A stretch of 62,157 nucleotides of DNA, the filler included, from Nanobdellati archaeon (GTDB taxonomy: Archaea; Nanobdellota; Nanobdellia; Woesearchaeales; JAADFO01): the NCBI GenBank assembly GCA_013152815.1. It is 8 parts of 8 records of this genome, joined end to end, with 100 filler letters (N's around TTAATTAATTAA, not from the genome) between each part and the next. Parts side by side here need not be neighbours in the genome. Positions count along the whole stretch, not along the records: positions 40,489 to 45,881 come from JAADFO010000040.1; positions 45,982 to 50,304 come from JAADFO010000045.1; 6 more parts are not named here. One strand, written 5' to 3'. Made by a program: the position numbers and the translations under genes. Under the pieces are notes generated by a model. It searched no databases and was not told the origin of the DNA. It was given only the letters and a program-made list of their open reading frames with translations. Shown one piece after another: positions 40,648 to 50,404 of the stretch (positions within the stretch are counted from its first letter, which is position 1; each line of letters starts with the position of its first letter).

Positions 40648-41172
40648 ATGAAGAATAGCAGGAGCATCTATTTTCTCACAGGACTGTCAGGCGTCGGAAA
40701 GACCTATTTTGAGAGAATAATCAAGGCGCGATACGCCATTCCGACATTCTACTCGGCAAGCATAATCCCCGAAGGCATAGATAAGAGAGAATGGGTGTTG
40801 CAAGGATTATTGGAAGAGCCAAACGGGTTCATTAAATGTGTAGTTGATAAAGCACTAGAGCAGTTCCCTCAGGAAGACCTCATGATCGATGCGCTCAGAT
40901 CGCCCGAAGAATGGTCCTTTGTGAAGAATTACCTCGCAGATATTGAGACCGTCCTCATATCATTATACTGCGACGATAAGATCAGAGAACGCAGAGTCTT
41001 ATCAAGAGACGGATCACTCGACCATTTGAAAGAGAGGGACAACATCGATAAAGGGATAGCAGAAAACAGCAGATTCAATGTTCCAAAGCTCCAACAAATG
41101 GCGGACTATCATATAGACACAGGAACCCCGTTAGAAGAACGACTTTCTGGAATTTTCAGACACAACGAATAG
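40648..41172 (+). CDS. P-loop kinase, archaeal dephospho-CoA kinase-like
   Basis: GLSGVGKT, IDALRSPEE, R..R...R and ADYHID motifs. Confidence 0.75.
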   Translation: MKNSRSIYFLTGLSGVGKTYFERIIKARYAIPTFYSASIIPEGIDKREWVLQGLLEEPNGFIKCVVDKALEQFPQEDLMIDALRSPEEWSFVKNYLADIETVLISLYCDDKIRERRVLSRDGSLDHLKERDNIDKGIAENSRFNVPKLQQMADYHIDTGTPLEERLSGIFRHNE

Positions 41173-41259
41173 ACGGAAGCGCTGAAAGCCTCCAGAAGTT
41201 CGCCATGCGTCACCTGAGTCTGCAGCGGGTTATAAATGTTCGTATAGATGACCCGGATA

Positions 41260-43017
41260 TCATGCCGGGAGATGGTCTGCCCTGATGCGGTCCAGCAGCT
41301 GCTGATACTGCTGCAATTGGCCGACGACCTCTTCCTGGCGTGGAGCGAAATGTCCGATATGCTCGTGATAGTAGTCTATGCTTCTCTGGATGCCGCCGAG
41401 TCTTCTCTTGATGGCCTGCAGCTCTTTTTCTGGATTCTTCCTGAAGAGATGGTTCGCCAGATCGTATTCATTCTTCCTTAAGTTGATGCCTATCTCGTCC
41501 ATCTGGGTGAAGGGAAGGGTCTCGCCCGGTTCCTCCCCGGTGAAGCGATGCACCATCTCCTTGAGGGTGTAGGACCGGTGGAAGTATTGAGCGCTCGGAC
41601 CTGCGCAGACGACCGACGCCGCGTGTTCCCTGAAACCGTCCTCAAGGCCGTGCTTGTCCTGCACGTCCCTGCTGAGTCCAGGGCAGAGGCAGTTCTTCGC
41701 GAGGACGACGAACGTCCTGTACTCTTTCTCGTCTCCCTCTGCCATCGGAGCGAGCGCGGCAAGCTCTTCCTGCATCCGTCGGCTGTCGGCAGCGCACATG
41801 AAGCTTTCGCCGTAGGGACTGAGCAGTTTGGCATAGGTGCAGACGACACCGGGCCGGCCGGCAGCTATCCTTGCTTCATGCTGCTGCAGACCTTCGGTAC
41901 CGAGGAGCATCCAGAAAGGGACGCCCAGAGGCGATGCTTCGCTCAGGACAAGGTCATCCTTGGTCGCAGCAATAAGAAGGTCCAGATTATACGGCGAGAC
42001 GTTGGTCACCTCGGGGACGAAGAGGAACGGTGTGCCCATGCCGACGCCGTCGACGCCATAGACCTCTTTGAACAGGGCAAGCTCTTCATGAGTCTTGATG
42101 CCGCCCTGATAGGTGAGCCTTGCCCTGCTGGTGCTGAACCCTGCATCGCCTATGGCCTTCCGGTATTCGGCGAGGAGCATTTCATGAAGCCCCTCCCGGG
42201 ATTGCTGGAATTCGTCGAGGATAGGGCCGATGAGGTCTCCGGTCCTGTTCGCGAAGGCATGTCCTCCGCAATTGAGTCCGGATTCGACACGGAATTCCGA
42301 TACCCACACGCCCTTCTGCGCCAGACGCAGCGCCTGCGTCCTTGCAGACCCGTAGTCAGAGACTTTGAGGATGACTTTCTTCCTGAAGCCGTCATGGCCT
42401 GGTCTGAAGGCATCAAGCTCGCCGAGATAGGAGAAGAGCTGGTCGTTGAACCCTGCAGAGAGGACGATCGAGCTTTCGAGGTCACTGTTCGCGAAGCCGC
42501 GGAGGGCGGCCATCGCTTCATTGGCATATTTGGTCCTGTCCCGTGCATGGGGATGGTCAAGCTTGGTCATGATGTTGACATCGAGACTCCCCTGCCGGAG
42601 GCTGTTCCGCAGCAGGGGTTCGAGCCCGGTCTCGCCCTGGCAGAACCGGTCATAGAGCCTGCGTATATGATGGTCTGGGGCGAGCAGCTGGAATGTCTGG
42701 TTGAGGTCGTTCTCGGGGTCATCGAAAGAGAGGGACCGGAGGGTCTCGAAGTTCTCATCGGCGAGCTCTTTGATGAGGTTGAGATAAGCAGTGATGCGTC
42801 GGGCCCGCGCATCATGCTCGTTCCGTCTGATGGGGACATACGCGTTATGATGCTGTTCAGCATGATACCGCCGCATCATCTCGATGATATTGTCCTCGGT
42901 GAGCGCCATGACCGAGTCGAAGCCGAAATGGGACACCTTGAGGGGGGTGTCGATGGAGAATCCTAACCCGAGGACCGGGATGTGGAAAGCGTGGGAGACC
43001 TTTTCTTCGAGCGCCAA
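41260..43017 (-). CDS. FMN TIM-barrel oxidoreductase-like protein (nitronate monooxygenase/FabK-like superfamily) with Cys cluster
   Basis: HIPVLGLGF, SAG, ESGLNCGGHAF, QGGI, GMGTPF and C...C...CLC...C. Confidence 0.6.
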   Translation of the reverse strand: MALEEKVSHAFHIPVLGLGFSIDTPLKVSHFGFDSVMALTEDNIIEMMRRYHAEQHHNAYVPIRRNEHDARARRITAYLNLIKELADENFETLRSLSFDDPENDLNQTFQLLAPDHHIRRLYDRFCQGETGLEPLLRNSLRQGSLDVNIMTKLDHPHARDRTKYANEAMAALRGFANSDLESSIVLSAGFNDQLFSYLGELDAFRPGHDGFRKKVILKVSDYGSARTQALRLAQKGVWVSEFRVESGLNCGGHAFANRTGDLIGPILDEFQQSREGLHEMLLAEYRKAIGDAGFSTSRARLTYQGGIKTHEELALFKEVYGVDGVGMGTPFLFVPEVTNVSPYNLDLLIAATKDDLVLSEASPLGVPFWMLLGTEGLQQHEARIAAGRPGVVCTYAKLLSPYGESFMCAADSRRMQEELAALAPMAEGDEKEYRTFVVLAKNCLCPGLSRDVQDKHGLEDGFREHAASVVCAGPSAQYFHRSYTLKEMVHRFTGEEPGETLPFTQMDEIGINLRKNEYDLANHLFRKNPEKELQAIKRRLGGIQRSIDYYHEHIGHFAPRQEEVVGQLQQYQQLLDRIRADHLPA

Positions 43018-43108
43018 ATCAGGATGTCAAGAGAGGAAAGCTATTTTTATGTATTTATGTTCGAGAGGCTGCGGAAAAGATTAATAGTCCTCTCTTTTCT
43101 CTTCGGGC

Positions 43109-43597
43109 ATGGAACCGCTCGGCAGGGAATTCTTCAGGCAGGATACGGTCAAGGTAGCGAAAGCGTTGATAGGAAAACTCCTGGAAGTGGACAGGATAAG
43201 GATGAGGATCGTCGAGACCGAAGCATACAAGGACGACCAGGCAAGCCATGCCCGGACGTACACCGAGAGGAGCAGGCTCATGTTCGAGACATATGGCCAC
43301 ATCTATGTGTATCTTGTCTATGGGATGTACCACTGCCTCAACATCACCACCGATGAAGGGCCGGGAGCGGTGCTGATACGGGCGCTCGATGGAGAAGGCT
43401 GCGATGGACCCGGGAAGCTGTGCAGGAAACTGGACATCACCCTGAAGGACAACGGCCAGCCTCTCGGAAGGAGGTTCAGGATCCTCGACGACGGCCAGGA
43501 ACCAGAGATAGGCACCTCTGAGAGGATAGGAATCAGGAAAGACACGCACCTGAGATGGCGTTTCTACAGCAAAGAGAGGCAACATCCCCATCGATGA
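43109..43597 (+). CDS. DNA-3-methyladenine glycosylase (MPG/AAG family)
   Basis: IVETEAY, ASH, YVYLVYGMY, AVLIRA, GPGKL and RIGI motifs. Confidence 0.95.
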   Translation: MEPLGREFFRQDTVKVAKALIGKLLEVDRIRMRIVETEAYKDDQASHARTYTERSRLMFETYGHIYVYLVYGMYHCLNITTDEGPGAVLIRALDGEGCDGPGKLCRKLDITLKDNGQPLGRRFRILDDGQEPEIGTSERIGIRKDTHLRWRFYSKERQHPHR

Positions 43598-43598
43598 T

Positions 43599-43686
43599 CC
43601 AAGGATTCCCGGAAGGGTCTTGTGAACTTCGGAAAGATGCATTTGTTCCCGGACAGCCCTGCCGGCCTCAGGGATCGAGGGAAGAA
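43599..43686. repeat. 88-bp direct repeat, copy A
   Basis: 86/88 identical to 44798-44885. Confidence 0.95.
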
Positions 43687-43688
43687 TG

Positions 43689-44159
43689 TCAGGGTGGTTG
43701 GAGTTCCTTCAGCATATCTTTGAGAATAGAAATGAACGTCGTTGTATAGATGTCGAATTTCAATCTGAATGCGTTCCATGTCTCTTCCTTGATCGGCTTT
43801 CCTTCGTAATGCACAGCGTTCCGCAAGAGCCGCATGGTCTCGATGGTCTCCCAATCGATCTCCCATTCATCGTGCTTGAGACAGAGATACGCATAGAGGC
43901 ACTGGTGATTGTCAGACTTTATCATCTCCAGGAGCAGGATGCCATCGACCAGTTTCCTGATCACCTCGTATCGTGAACTCCAAAGGAGGCTGAAATTCTT
44001 CATCTTTTCCATGATTGGCGAGGTCTCTGCCAAGGTGGAGCTATCCTGTTCAGCGATCTCGAGCAAGGTGGTCGCCCTTTCGGCGTCTGCTTCCTTCATG
44101 TTGTAGAGATGGCCATCGGCGACGCAGCTGTCATAGACCGCCACAAGGTCTTTTATCAT
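43689..44159 (-). CDS. HEPN-like protein (MNT-HEPN module 2)
   Basis: Helical protein with NHQCL and RLLRNAVHYEG; ATGA overlap with the MNT gene. Confidence 0.75.
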   Translation of the reverse strand: MIKDLVAVYDSCVADGHLYNMKEADAERATTLLEIAEQDSSTLAETSPIMEKMKNFSLLWSSRYEVIRKLVDGILLLEMIKSDNHQCLYAYLCLKHDEWEIDWETIETMRLLRNAVHYEGKPIKEETWNAFRLKFDIYTTTFISILKDMLKELQPP

Positions 44160-44722
44160 GTTTCCACCTCTGCGATGTCATGGATGTCTCCCTTGACGAA
44201 ATAGCCCTTGACCACATTCTTCATCAGGCCGGAATGGATGTCCCTGATCTTTTCTTTTGATCCGAAGCTATGCACCTGGATCTCCCTCGCCTTTCCCTGG
44301 AAGCCCAGGCCTTTCCAGAGCATCCCGAACCGAAGCCCTTCAGGATCGCCATAGATGAAGACATCGACATCGCTTTTCGTGTTCCAGTCCCCTCTGTACC
44401 AGCTGCCGAAGATCACCACGGTCTTCGCTTTGCGTAGGGTCTGCAGCCTATTGAGGAGTCCGGTCTCATGGAGTTTTGTCAGAGCATAGATCCTCTTCCT
44501 GCTGTCATAGTCAGGATGGTCCCATCGTGCCTGGAAGTAAGGCATCTTCCCTTCGGGCTTGGACCGCCTGATGATATGTCTCTTCTCTAGCTTTCTGAGC
44601 CATTTGCTTGCGCTCGGTTCGCTTATCTTCGCCGTCGCTATGATGTCCTTGAAGTGCCAGTGCTTGCTGGGCTCGTTGAGGAAAAGTTCCAGTATCTGTT
44701 CTTCCTTTGATGGGAGCGGCAT
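44156..44722 (-). CDS. HTH + minimal nucleotidyltransferase
   Basis: IFGSWYRGD...SDVDV motif with an N-terminal wHTH. Confidence 0.9.
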   Translation of the reverse strand: MPLPSKEEQILELFLNEPSKHWHFKDIIATAKISEPSASKWLRKLEKRHIIRRSKPEGKMPYFQARWDHPDYDSRKRIYALTKLHETGLLNRLQTLRKAKTVVIFGSWYRGDWNTKSDVDVFIYGDPEGLRFGMLWKGLGFQGKAREIQVHSFGSKEKIRDIHSGLMKNVVKGYFVKGDIHDIAEVET

Positions 44723-44797
44723 TTTACTTAGGTTAAGACTAAGTATTATTTATGGGTTTCGGTCTCTAGCGATCCAAGAATGCAATATAGAGTTTAG

Positions 44798-44885
44798 CCA
44801 AGGATTCCCGGAAGGGTCTTGTGAACTTCGGAAAGATGCATTTGTTCCCGGACAGCCCTGCCGGCTTTAGGGATCGAGGGAAGAA
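44798..44885. repeat. 88-bp direct repeat, copy B
   Basis: 86/88 identical to 43599-43686. Confidence 0.95.
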
Positions 44886-44982
44886 GTTTTCTAAGATATC
44901 TTCATTTGATCGCGATCAAGTTCAATAAGACAAGACGGTCCAGCAACAACCTTTAAATATTGTCTAGACAAACAGGTCAACC

Positions 44983-45228
44983 ATGAGTCTCATCGCGTGG
45001 CTTGCGAGCTTCGGCATCATCATCGTCATCCTCATCATCCTGGGTTATATCTTCTGGCTTGTCATGTTCATCGACGCATTGAAGAGACGCGACACCCTCT
45101 GGATCCTTCTATTCGTCCTTTCCTTCTTCACCGGCTTCCTCAACGGCATCCTTGCCACCATCTACTATTTCGTGGTATACAAGCCGCAAAAAGCCTGTAA
45201 AGATCATCAAGAAGAAGTCCAGATATAA
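44983..45228 (+). CDS. Small membrane protein (PLDc_N-like)
   Basis: FWLVMFIDALKR...WIL...G...IYYF; TATA box and RBS upstream. Confidence 0.7.
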   Translation: MSLIAWLASFGIIIVILIILGYIFWLVMFIDALKRRDTLWILLFVLSFFTGFLNGILATIYYFVVYKPQKACKDHQEEVQI

Positions 45229-45340
45229 CAACACCATATTACCCGGTACTGCTACAACCTGTATTGTCCAGAGACACCCCAGAACATCATCGGTGATGAC
45301 CAAAAACTATAAAAGAATATAACCATTATATACAATTATA

Positions 45341-45577
45341 ATGAATACCACAATCTCTATCTCCAAGGAAACCCGAAACTTGTTGCAAGAGTTCGGAAAG
45401 AAATCGGAAAATTATGACGACGTCATAAAAAGGATGCACAATACCATCCAGATGAGCCAGATGCTAAGAGACTTCGTCAATCCAGATGAATGGATCAGCA
45501 TAGATGAAGCCCTGGAATGGACAAAGCTCAAACTACAAAATGATAAGAATAGTCATAACAAAAGAGCTAAGAAATAA
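45341..45577 (+). CDS. Ribbon-helix-helix antitoxin-like protein
   Basis: TTISISKETRNLL...ENYDDVIKR. Confidence 0.75.
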   Translation: MNTTISISKETRNLLQEFGKKSENYDDVIKRMHNTIQMSQMLRDFVNPDEWISIDEALEWTKLKLQNDKNSHNKRAKK

Positions 45578-45863
45578 CATCTTTAAGACCTTCAAGCAAG
45601 ATTCCAGGAATGTCTACAAGTTGTTGCTCTCTCTTAAGAAGCAACCTAACAAAGGGAAGCTCATTTCAACCATAGGAACGATGCTCCTTAAAGAGCTTAA
45701 ATACAGATCATTCAGGTTCTATTTCATCATCGATGGTAACTCACTCTATCTCTTCAATGCAGAAAAACTAGAAGAACTTCTCATCCAGTTCATGAAGATG
45801 TCGAAGAAGAACGACCAGCAGAAGACCATCGATAAGATCAAAGAGATTCTAAGAAGAATCTAA
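45540..45863 (+). CDS. RelE-like toxin
   Basis: IVIT...PNKGK...ELK...FRFYF...KKNDQQK; overlaps the antitoxin. Confidence 0.65.
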   Translation: MIRIVITKELRNNIFKTFKQDSRNVYKLLLSLKKQPNKGKLISTIGTMLLKELKYRSFRFYFIIDGNSLYLFNAEKLEELLIQFMKMSKKNDQQKTIDKIKEILRRI

Positions 45864-45981
45864 TGGAGCAAACCATTAAATNNNNNNNNNNNNNNNNNNN
45901 NNNNNNNNNNNNNNNNNNNNNNNNNTTAATTAATTAANNNNNNNNNNNNNNNNNNNNNNNNNNNNNNNNNNNNNNNNNNNN

Positions 45982-46923
45982 GTTCTTCTTCAATACGTCT
46001 GAGCTTCCTCGGTGTCTGGTCACGACCGCTATCTTCTGGACCTCTTCGATCATCTTTGTCGCTTCTTCATGCCCTTTTTCCCGGAGGTACGCCATGCCGA
46101 GATCGGGAGAGATCGCATCATGTCCCTTGCACATGCCTTCGATGCCCTTGATGCCAGGAGCCATCTTCCGTCGGTTGATGAGCGCGATTGGTCCATCGGT
46201 GAGAATCGCTTTTCGCATCCGTCGATATAGCGCATCAAGATCCTCGGGGTCTCCTGTGTCTGTCCTGAGTCCGTGGCCTTCAAGTGTCTTCTTCAGATCA
46301 TACCCTTCCATGTATTTTGAGGGGTGGCCTGCGATGGTCACATCATTGTCGTCCAGGAGCAGTTTGATATTGAGGTTGTGGGCGACGGCGAACCTTGCGG
46401 ACTCTGCGTCGTTGCCTTCCTGCTGTGAACCGTCTGACCCGAAGAGAAGAAACGTCTTGTCCGGGTTTGCGAGCGCCAGCCCGTTCACATGGCCCCAGAG
46501 ATGGCCCAGGCGACCTGAGCTGAAAGAAATGCCAGGGGTCATGCCCTGTTCAGGATGGCCAGGAAGCTTGCCCTTGTACTCCCTGTACTTGAGGAGCTGT
46601 TCTGCAGGAAGGTCTCCATGGAGGACAGCAAGCAGGTATTGGAGCGCCACCCGGTGTCCTGCTTCGTCGAAGTGGACAGGATAGATGTTCTTATCACCGA
46701 GCATGAACCCTTCTGCAAGCATGGCTTCCGGGACGATGTCATAGGCCCCTCCTGTATGGCCGCCGGTGCCTTTCTTGGCTGAATAGGATGTGAAGAAGAC
46801 GATGGCGTCCCTGCAGAGCCGGATGTTCTTCCTGATCTCTTCTTTCTGCTCTTGCGTGAGCTTTTCCTGATGAATGTCCAATGCTACTTTTTTATATGCC
46901 GAGAGGTCGATGGGAAATTTCAT
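45982..46923 (-). CDS. Transketolase, N-terminal ThDP-binding domain (truncated by gap)
   Basis: GHTGG, AGH, LPGHPE, SGRLG and SDGSQQEG...N motifs. Confidence 0.88.
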
Positions 46924-46986
46924 GGTACAAAAATCAGACCTTCGCTTATTTAAAAGGCTTATGCAAATCATCGGGGTGCAGCCTGG

Positions 46987-47688
46987 CTATCGCTTTCTTT
47001 GCCGAAGCCACTCCCAAAGGATCATGGCCGTGAGGGTGAATGCAGTCCCCAGAAGGAACCAGAGCCAGAGGTTGGGCTCTGCAGGGGTCATGGCCACGGC
47101 GCTGCCGATGGTCTGATGGCTCGCATTGACCGCCTCAGGGACAGGAGCAGAAGCAACCATATCCTGGACCGCTTCTTTGGCGACTGCCACTGCCTTGTCT
47201 GTCTGGGATGCGACCTGGTTCATGATGGGTGCGCTCTCTGCGGCTATCCGAGTCGCGGTCAACGGGACCGCCTGGCTGAACACTCCGCCCCCGAAGGACA
47301 GCTTCTCCCAGAGGAAGACGATGAATGTCGCGGCAAGCCCGAACATCCCGATGGGCAGGAAGTTCTTCATGGCCTGCTTCCAGCTGTTCTCCCTCGATGG
47401 CGCGATGATGATGACCTTGTTTGCGAGGCTGTAATGGTTGACCTCCTTGCCCTTCTCTGAATAGTGGAACTCCTCTACCTTGACCAGGCCGGACCTTACC
47501 AGCGCCTTCATGTTGTAATGCACGGTCGAGAGCGGAATATTGAGGGCTTTTGCTATCTCGGTCTCTGTCGCGTCTTTCTTGGTCAACAGGTCCAGGACCT
47601 TCCGGGAGGTCTCGTTGCTGATGACCTGGGCAAGCTTCTTGGACTTCTCGTCCTTGAGGCTTATGAGGAGATAGTTGTCGTCCTGCAT
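46987..47688 (-). CDS. ArsR-like HTH regulator with two C-terminal TM helices
   Basis: SNETSRKVL...LSTVHYN...YSEKG, plus hydrophobic segments. Confidence 0.85.
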   Translation of the reverse strand: MQDDNYLLISLKDEKSKKLAQVISNETSRKVLDLLTKKDATETEIAKALNIPLSTVHYNMKALVRSGLVKVEEFHYSEKGKEVNHYSLANKVIIIAPSRENSWKQAMKNFLPIGMFGLAATFIVFLWEKLSFGGGVFSQAVPLTATRIAAESAPIMNQVASQTDKAVAVAKEAVQDMVASAPVPEAVNASHQTIGSAVAMTPAEPNLWLWFLLGTAFTLTAMILWEWLRQRKR

Positions 47689-47749
47689 ATGATATCAGGA
47701 GCGGTCGGACTATATAAACCTTCAGATGGGTTTGATCCGGGTTGAAGCT

Positions 47750-48904
47750 TTAGCGATGCTTGGCGACAAAGTCCACGTCCTTATCACCTCTGCCGGAGAA
47801 GTTCAATATCACGATCTTTCCTTCTGGCTTCATCTTGTAGAGATAGGCAAGGGCATGGGCGGTCTCCAGCGCAGGGATGATCCCTTCTTGCCTGGTCACG
47901 TCATGGAATGCTGCCAGCGCCTCTCTGTCGGTCACGGTCACGTACTCTCCCCTCCCTGTCTCGTGCAGATGGCTATGCTCTGGCGACACACCGGGGTAGT
48001 CCAGCCCTGAAGCTATGGAATAGACCTCTGACGGGTTGCCGTCCTTGTCCTGCAGGAGCATGCATCTGAATCCGTGGATGACTCCCGGCGAACCCAATGT
48101 CAGGGTGGCTGCATGTTTCCCTGTCTTGAGCCCCTTTCCCGCAGGCTCTACGCCGATCAAGCCGACATCCTTGTCATCGATGAAAGCAGACATGATGCCG
48201 ATGGCATTGCTCCCGCCACCAACACAAGCGATGATCTCGTCAGGGAGTCTTCCTTCCTGCTCCAGGATCTGCTTCTTTGCCTCCTCTCCTATGACCTTCT
48301 GGAAATGCCTGACGATCTGGGGGTAAGGGTGCGGTCCGACCTGGCTTCCCAGCAGATAGAAGACCTCAGGATGCTCGATGTAGTGCATCAGTGCCTCATC
48401 CACCGCTTCTTTCAATGTCTTGAGTCCTGACTTGACAACCCGCACTTCAGCACCCAGGAGTTCCATCCGATAGACGTTCATCTTCTGTTTATCGACATCG
48501 ACTTCGCCCATGAAGATGATGCAGTCCATCCCCATGAGCGCTGCTGCGGTGGCCGTCGCAACCCCATGCTGTCCTGCACCTGTTTCAGCGATCAGGGTCT
48601 TCCTGCCCATCCTCTTTGCAAGCAATGCCTGTCCTAACGTGTTGTTTATCTTGTGCGCCCCGGTATGGTTCAGGTCCTCCCGCTTGAGATAGATCTTGTT
48701 CCCTACCTGTTTACTGAGCCGCTCTGCGAAATACAACGGAGATGGCCTGCCCACATAGTCCTTCAAAAGTTTCGCAAGCTCCTTCTTGAATGCTGCATCC
48801 TCTTTGTATCTTAGGAATGCCTGTTCTAGTTCTTGCAGCCGTTCTACCAGCAGGGGAGGAACATATTGTCCGCCGAACTGTCCGAATGTTTGTGCGAGTT
48901 TCAT
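47750..48904 (-). CDS. trpB: Tryptophan synthase beta chain
   Basis: [39 protein letters not shown] and SGRGDKD motifs. Confidence 0.96.
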   Translation of the reverse strand: MKLAQTFGQFGGQYVPPLLVERLQELEQAFLRYKEDAAFKKELAKLLKDYVGRPSPLYFAERLSKQVGNKIYLKREDLNHTGAHKINNTLGQALLAKRMGRKTLIAETGAGQHGVATATAAALMGMDCIIFMGEVDVDKQKMNVYRMELLGAEVRVVKSGLKTLKEAVDEALMHYIEHPEVFYLLGSQVGPHPYPQIVRHFQKVIGEEAKKQILEQEGRLPDEIIACVGGGSNAIGIMSAFIDDKDVGLIGVEPAGKGLKTGKHAATLTLGSPGVIHGFRCMLLQDKDGNPSEVYSIASGLDYPGVSPEHSHLHETGRGEYVTVTDREALAAFHDVTRQEGIIPALETAHALAYLYKMKPEGKIVILNFSGRGDKDVDFVAKHR

Positions 48905-49164
48905 TTTTTTTCTCCATAGCGCTGACGCTATTGTTTAATCGTTCGTGGTGTTGTCTAGTATGAACTGGTATTAACTCTTAGAATTTGATGGTCCGCGCCA
49001 ATGTCCAGAAGAGACAGAGCTCTGCCGGTTGTTCAGGAAAAGGAGCGAACGAAATCTATCGACGAGAGATTCATCTATTGAGAATGGGTTGCCCGTGCCA
49101 GCGTGAATCACCGTCTGTCATGATGTGTTTGTCTAATCGAGGCATCTATAAAAAACTTTGCATT

Positions 49165-49593
49165 TCATCTCTGCATCTTTTTCACCGCAGCAACGAATTG
49201 TTGTGCATCTTCCAAGGCAGAAATCGCATCGTCCTTGTCAGGCCGGAAGTCCAGACCATACATCGCTTCATGCCGTTCCACCCGGTGGGTGTTCAAGAGG
49301 TTGACCGTCTCTCTTCCCAACGTTCTGCCGTGGTTCTCGCGGAGGAAGACATAAAGTGCATAATGGCTTTTCTCTTGGATGCCTTCCCGGTAAAGGACCG
49401 ATCTCGCAGCATGGAACATCGCGGTGTAGCTTTCCATGATGCAGAAATCAAAGAACTTCTGGTCAAGCGCCTCTTTCGCCCGTTTGAGACGATTGTCCGC
49501 TATCTCGAGCGATCTTGTGCTTTTCAGTCCATCCGGAGGGATCCTTCTGAGCAACCGTGCCTCGAAACAATCCTTCGTCGTCTCTATGTTCAT
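49165..49593 (-). CDS. HEPN domain protein (MNT-HEPN module 3)
   Basis: YTAMFHAAR...EKSH...RHEAMY. Confidence 0.88.
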   Translation of the reverse strand: MNIETTKDCFEARLLRRIPPDGLKSTRSLEIADNRLKRAKEALDQKFFDFCIMESYTAMFHAARSVLYREGIQEKSHYALYVFLRENHGRTLGRETVNLLNTHRVERHEAMYGLDFRPDKDDAISALEDAQQFVAAVKKMQR

Positions 49594-50142
49594 CGTTCTT
49601 TCACCAACGGCAGTTCTCCCTCGAGGGGGATACCGTTGATGATGACGTCCTGATAAGAACGCCCTGTCCTGTTTTTGCTTCTTCTTCCACGCTGCCCAGG
49701 AAAAGATGTGGTGATTGATGGGCTTTCCTAATTTCTTCTCATAGCTGGAACAGTCGATCGCTTTCTTCTTTCCAATAATGACAAGATCAATATCGCTTTC
49801 CTGATTGTCTGTTCCTGTAGCGACAGATCCGAAAAGCACAATCGAGGTCACTGCAGGAATGGTTTCCTTGAGATGGGGAACCAGACCGCTTTCCTGTATG
49901 TTCTGCAGGTTTTCTGCTATCTTCAGATGCCTGTATGCCGGATTGCTGTTGTTTGCCCTGAATATGCGTAGATTCGCCTGTTTCCTTTCCACGATCTGGT
50001 TGTTTGCCAGGAGCAGATCCGCATACTTCTTTGTGGCAAAAGGACTTATCTTCAGGGTTCTTGCTAATTCTCTGAGATGGATTTCTTTATATGGGTTTTC
50101 TAGAAAAAACCGGAGGGTTTTCAAGGCAGTCGAAAGTGTCAT
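49590..50142 (-). CDS. HTH + MNT, with a +1 frameshift at ~49655 fusing it to the HEPN ORF
   Basis: LFGSVATG...SDIDL. Removing one base gives the typical end FYQDVIINGIPLEGELP...* with an ATGA overlap. Confidence 0.85.
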
Positions 50143-50404
50143 AAGTTGTTTTTATTTTTGACATATAAAAAGCTTTTGTATCAACTATGAAAACAACTGT
50201 TTTTATTTCTGACACACTTCAGACTTGCATTCGAATCATGCACGACTGAACGTCTTAGACGAACGGTCCTCGCCAAAGAAGAAAGAGCATAAGAACCCGG
50301 ATCANNNNNNNNNNNNNNNNNNNNNNNNNNNNNNNNNNNNNNNNNNNNTTAATTAATTAANNNNNNNNNNNNNNNNNNNNNNNNNNNNNNNNNNNNNNNN
50401 NNNN

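Noticed and set aside
43599..44885. Classical integron attC sites or IS terminal repeats
   Set aside because: No RYYYAAC/GTTRRRY ends, the repeats are direct rather than inverted, and no integrase or transposase is present in the window.
48905..49160. trp attenuator leader peptide (MTDGDSRWHGQPILNR on the minus strand)
   Set aside because: Only a single Trp codon and no clear terminator/antiterminator pair; insufficient support.
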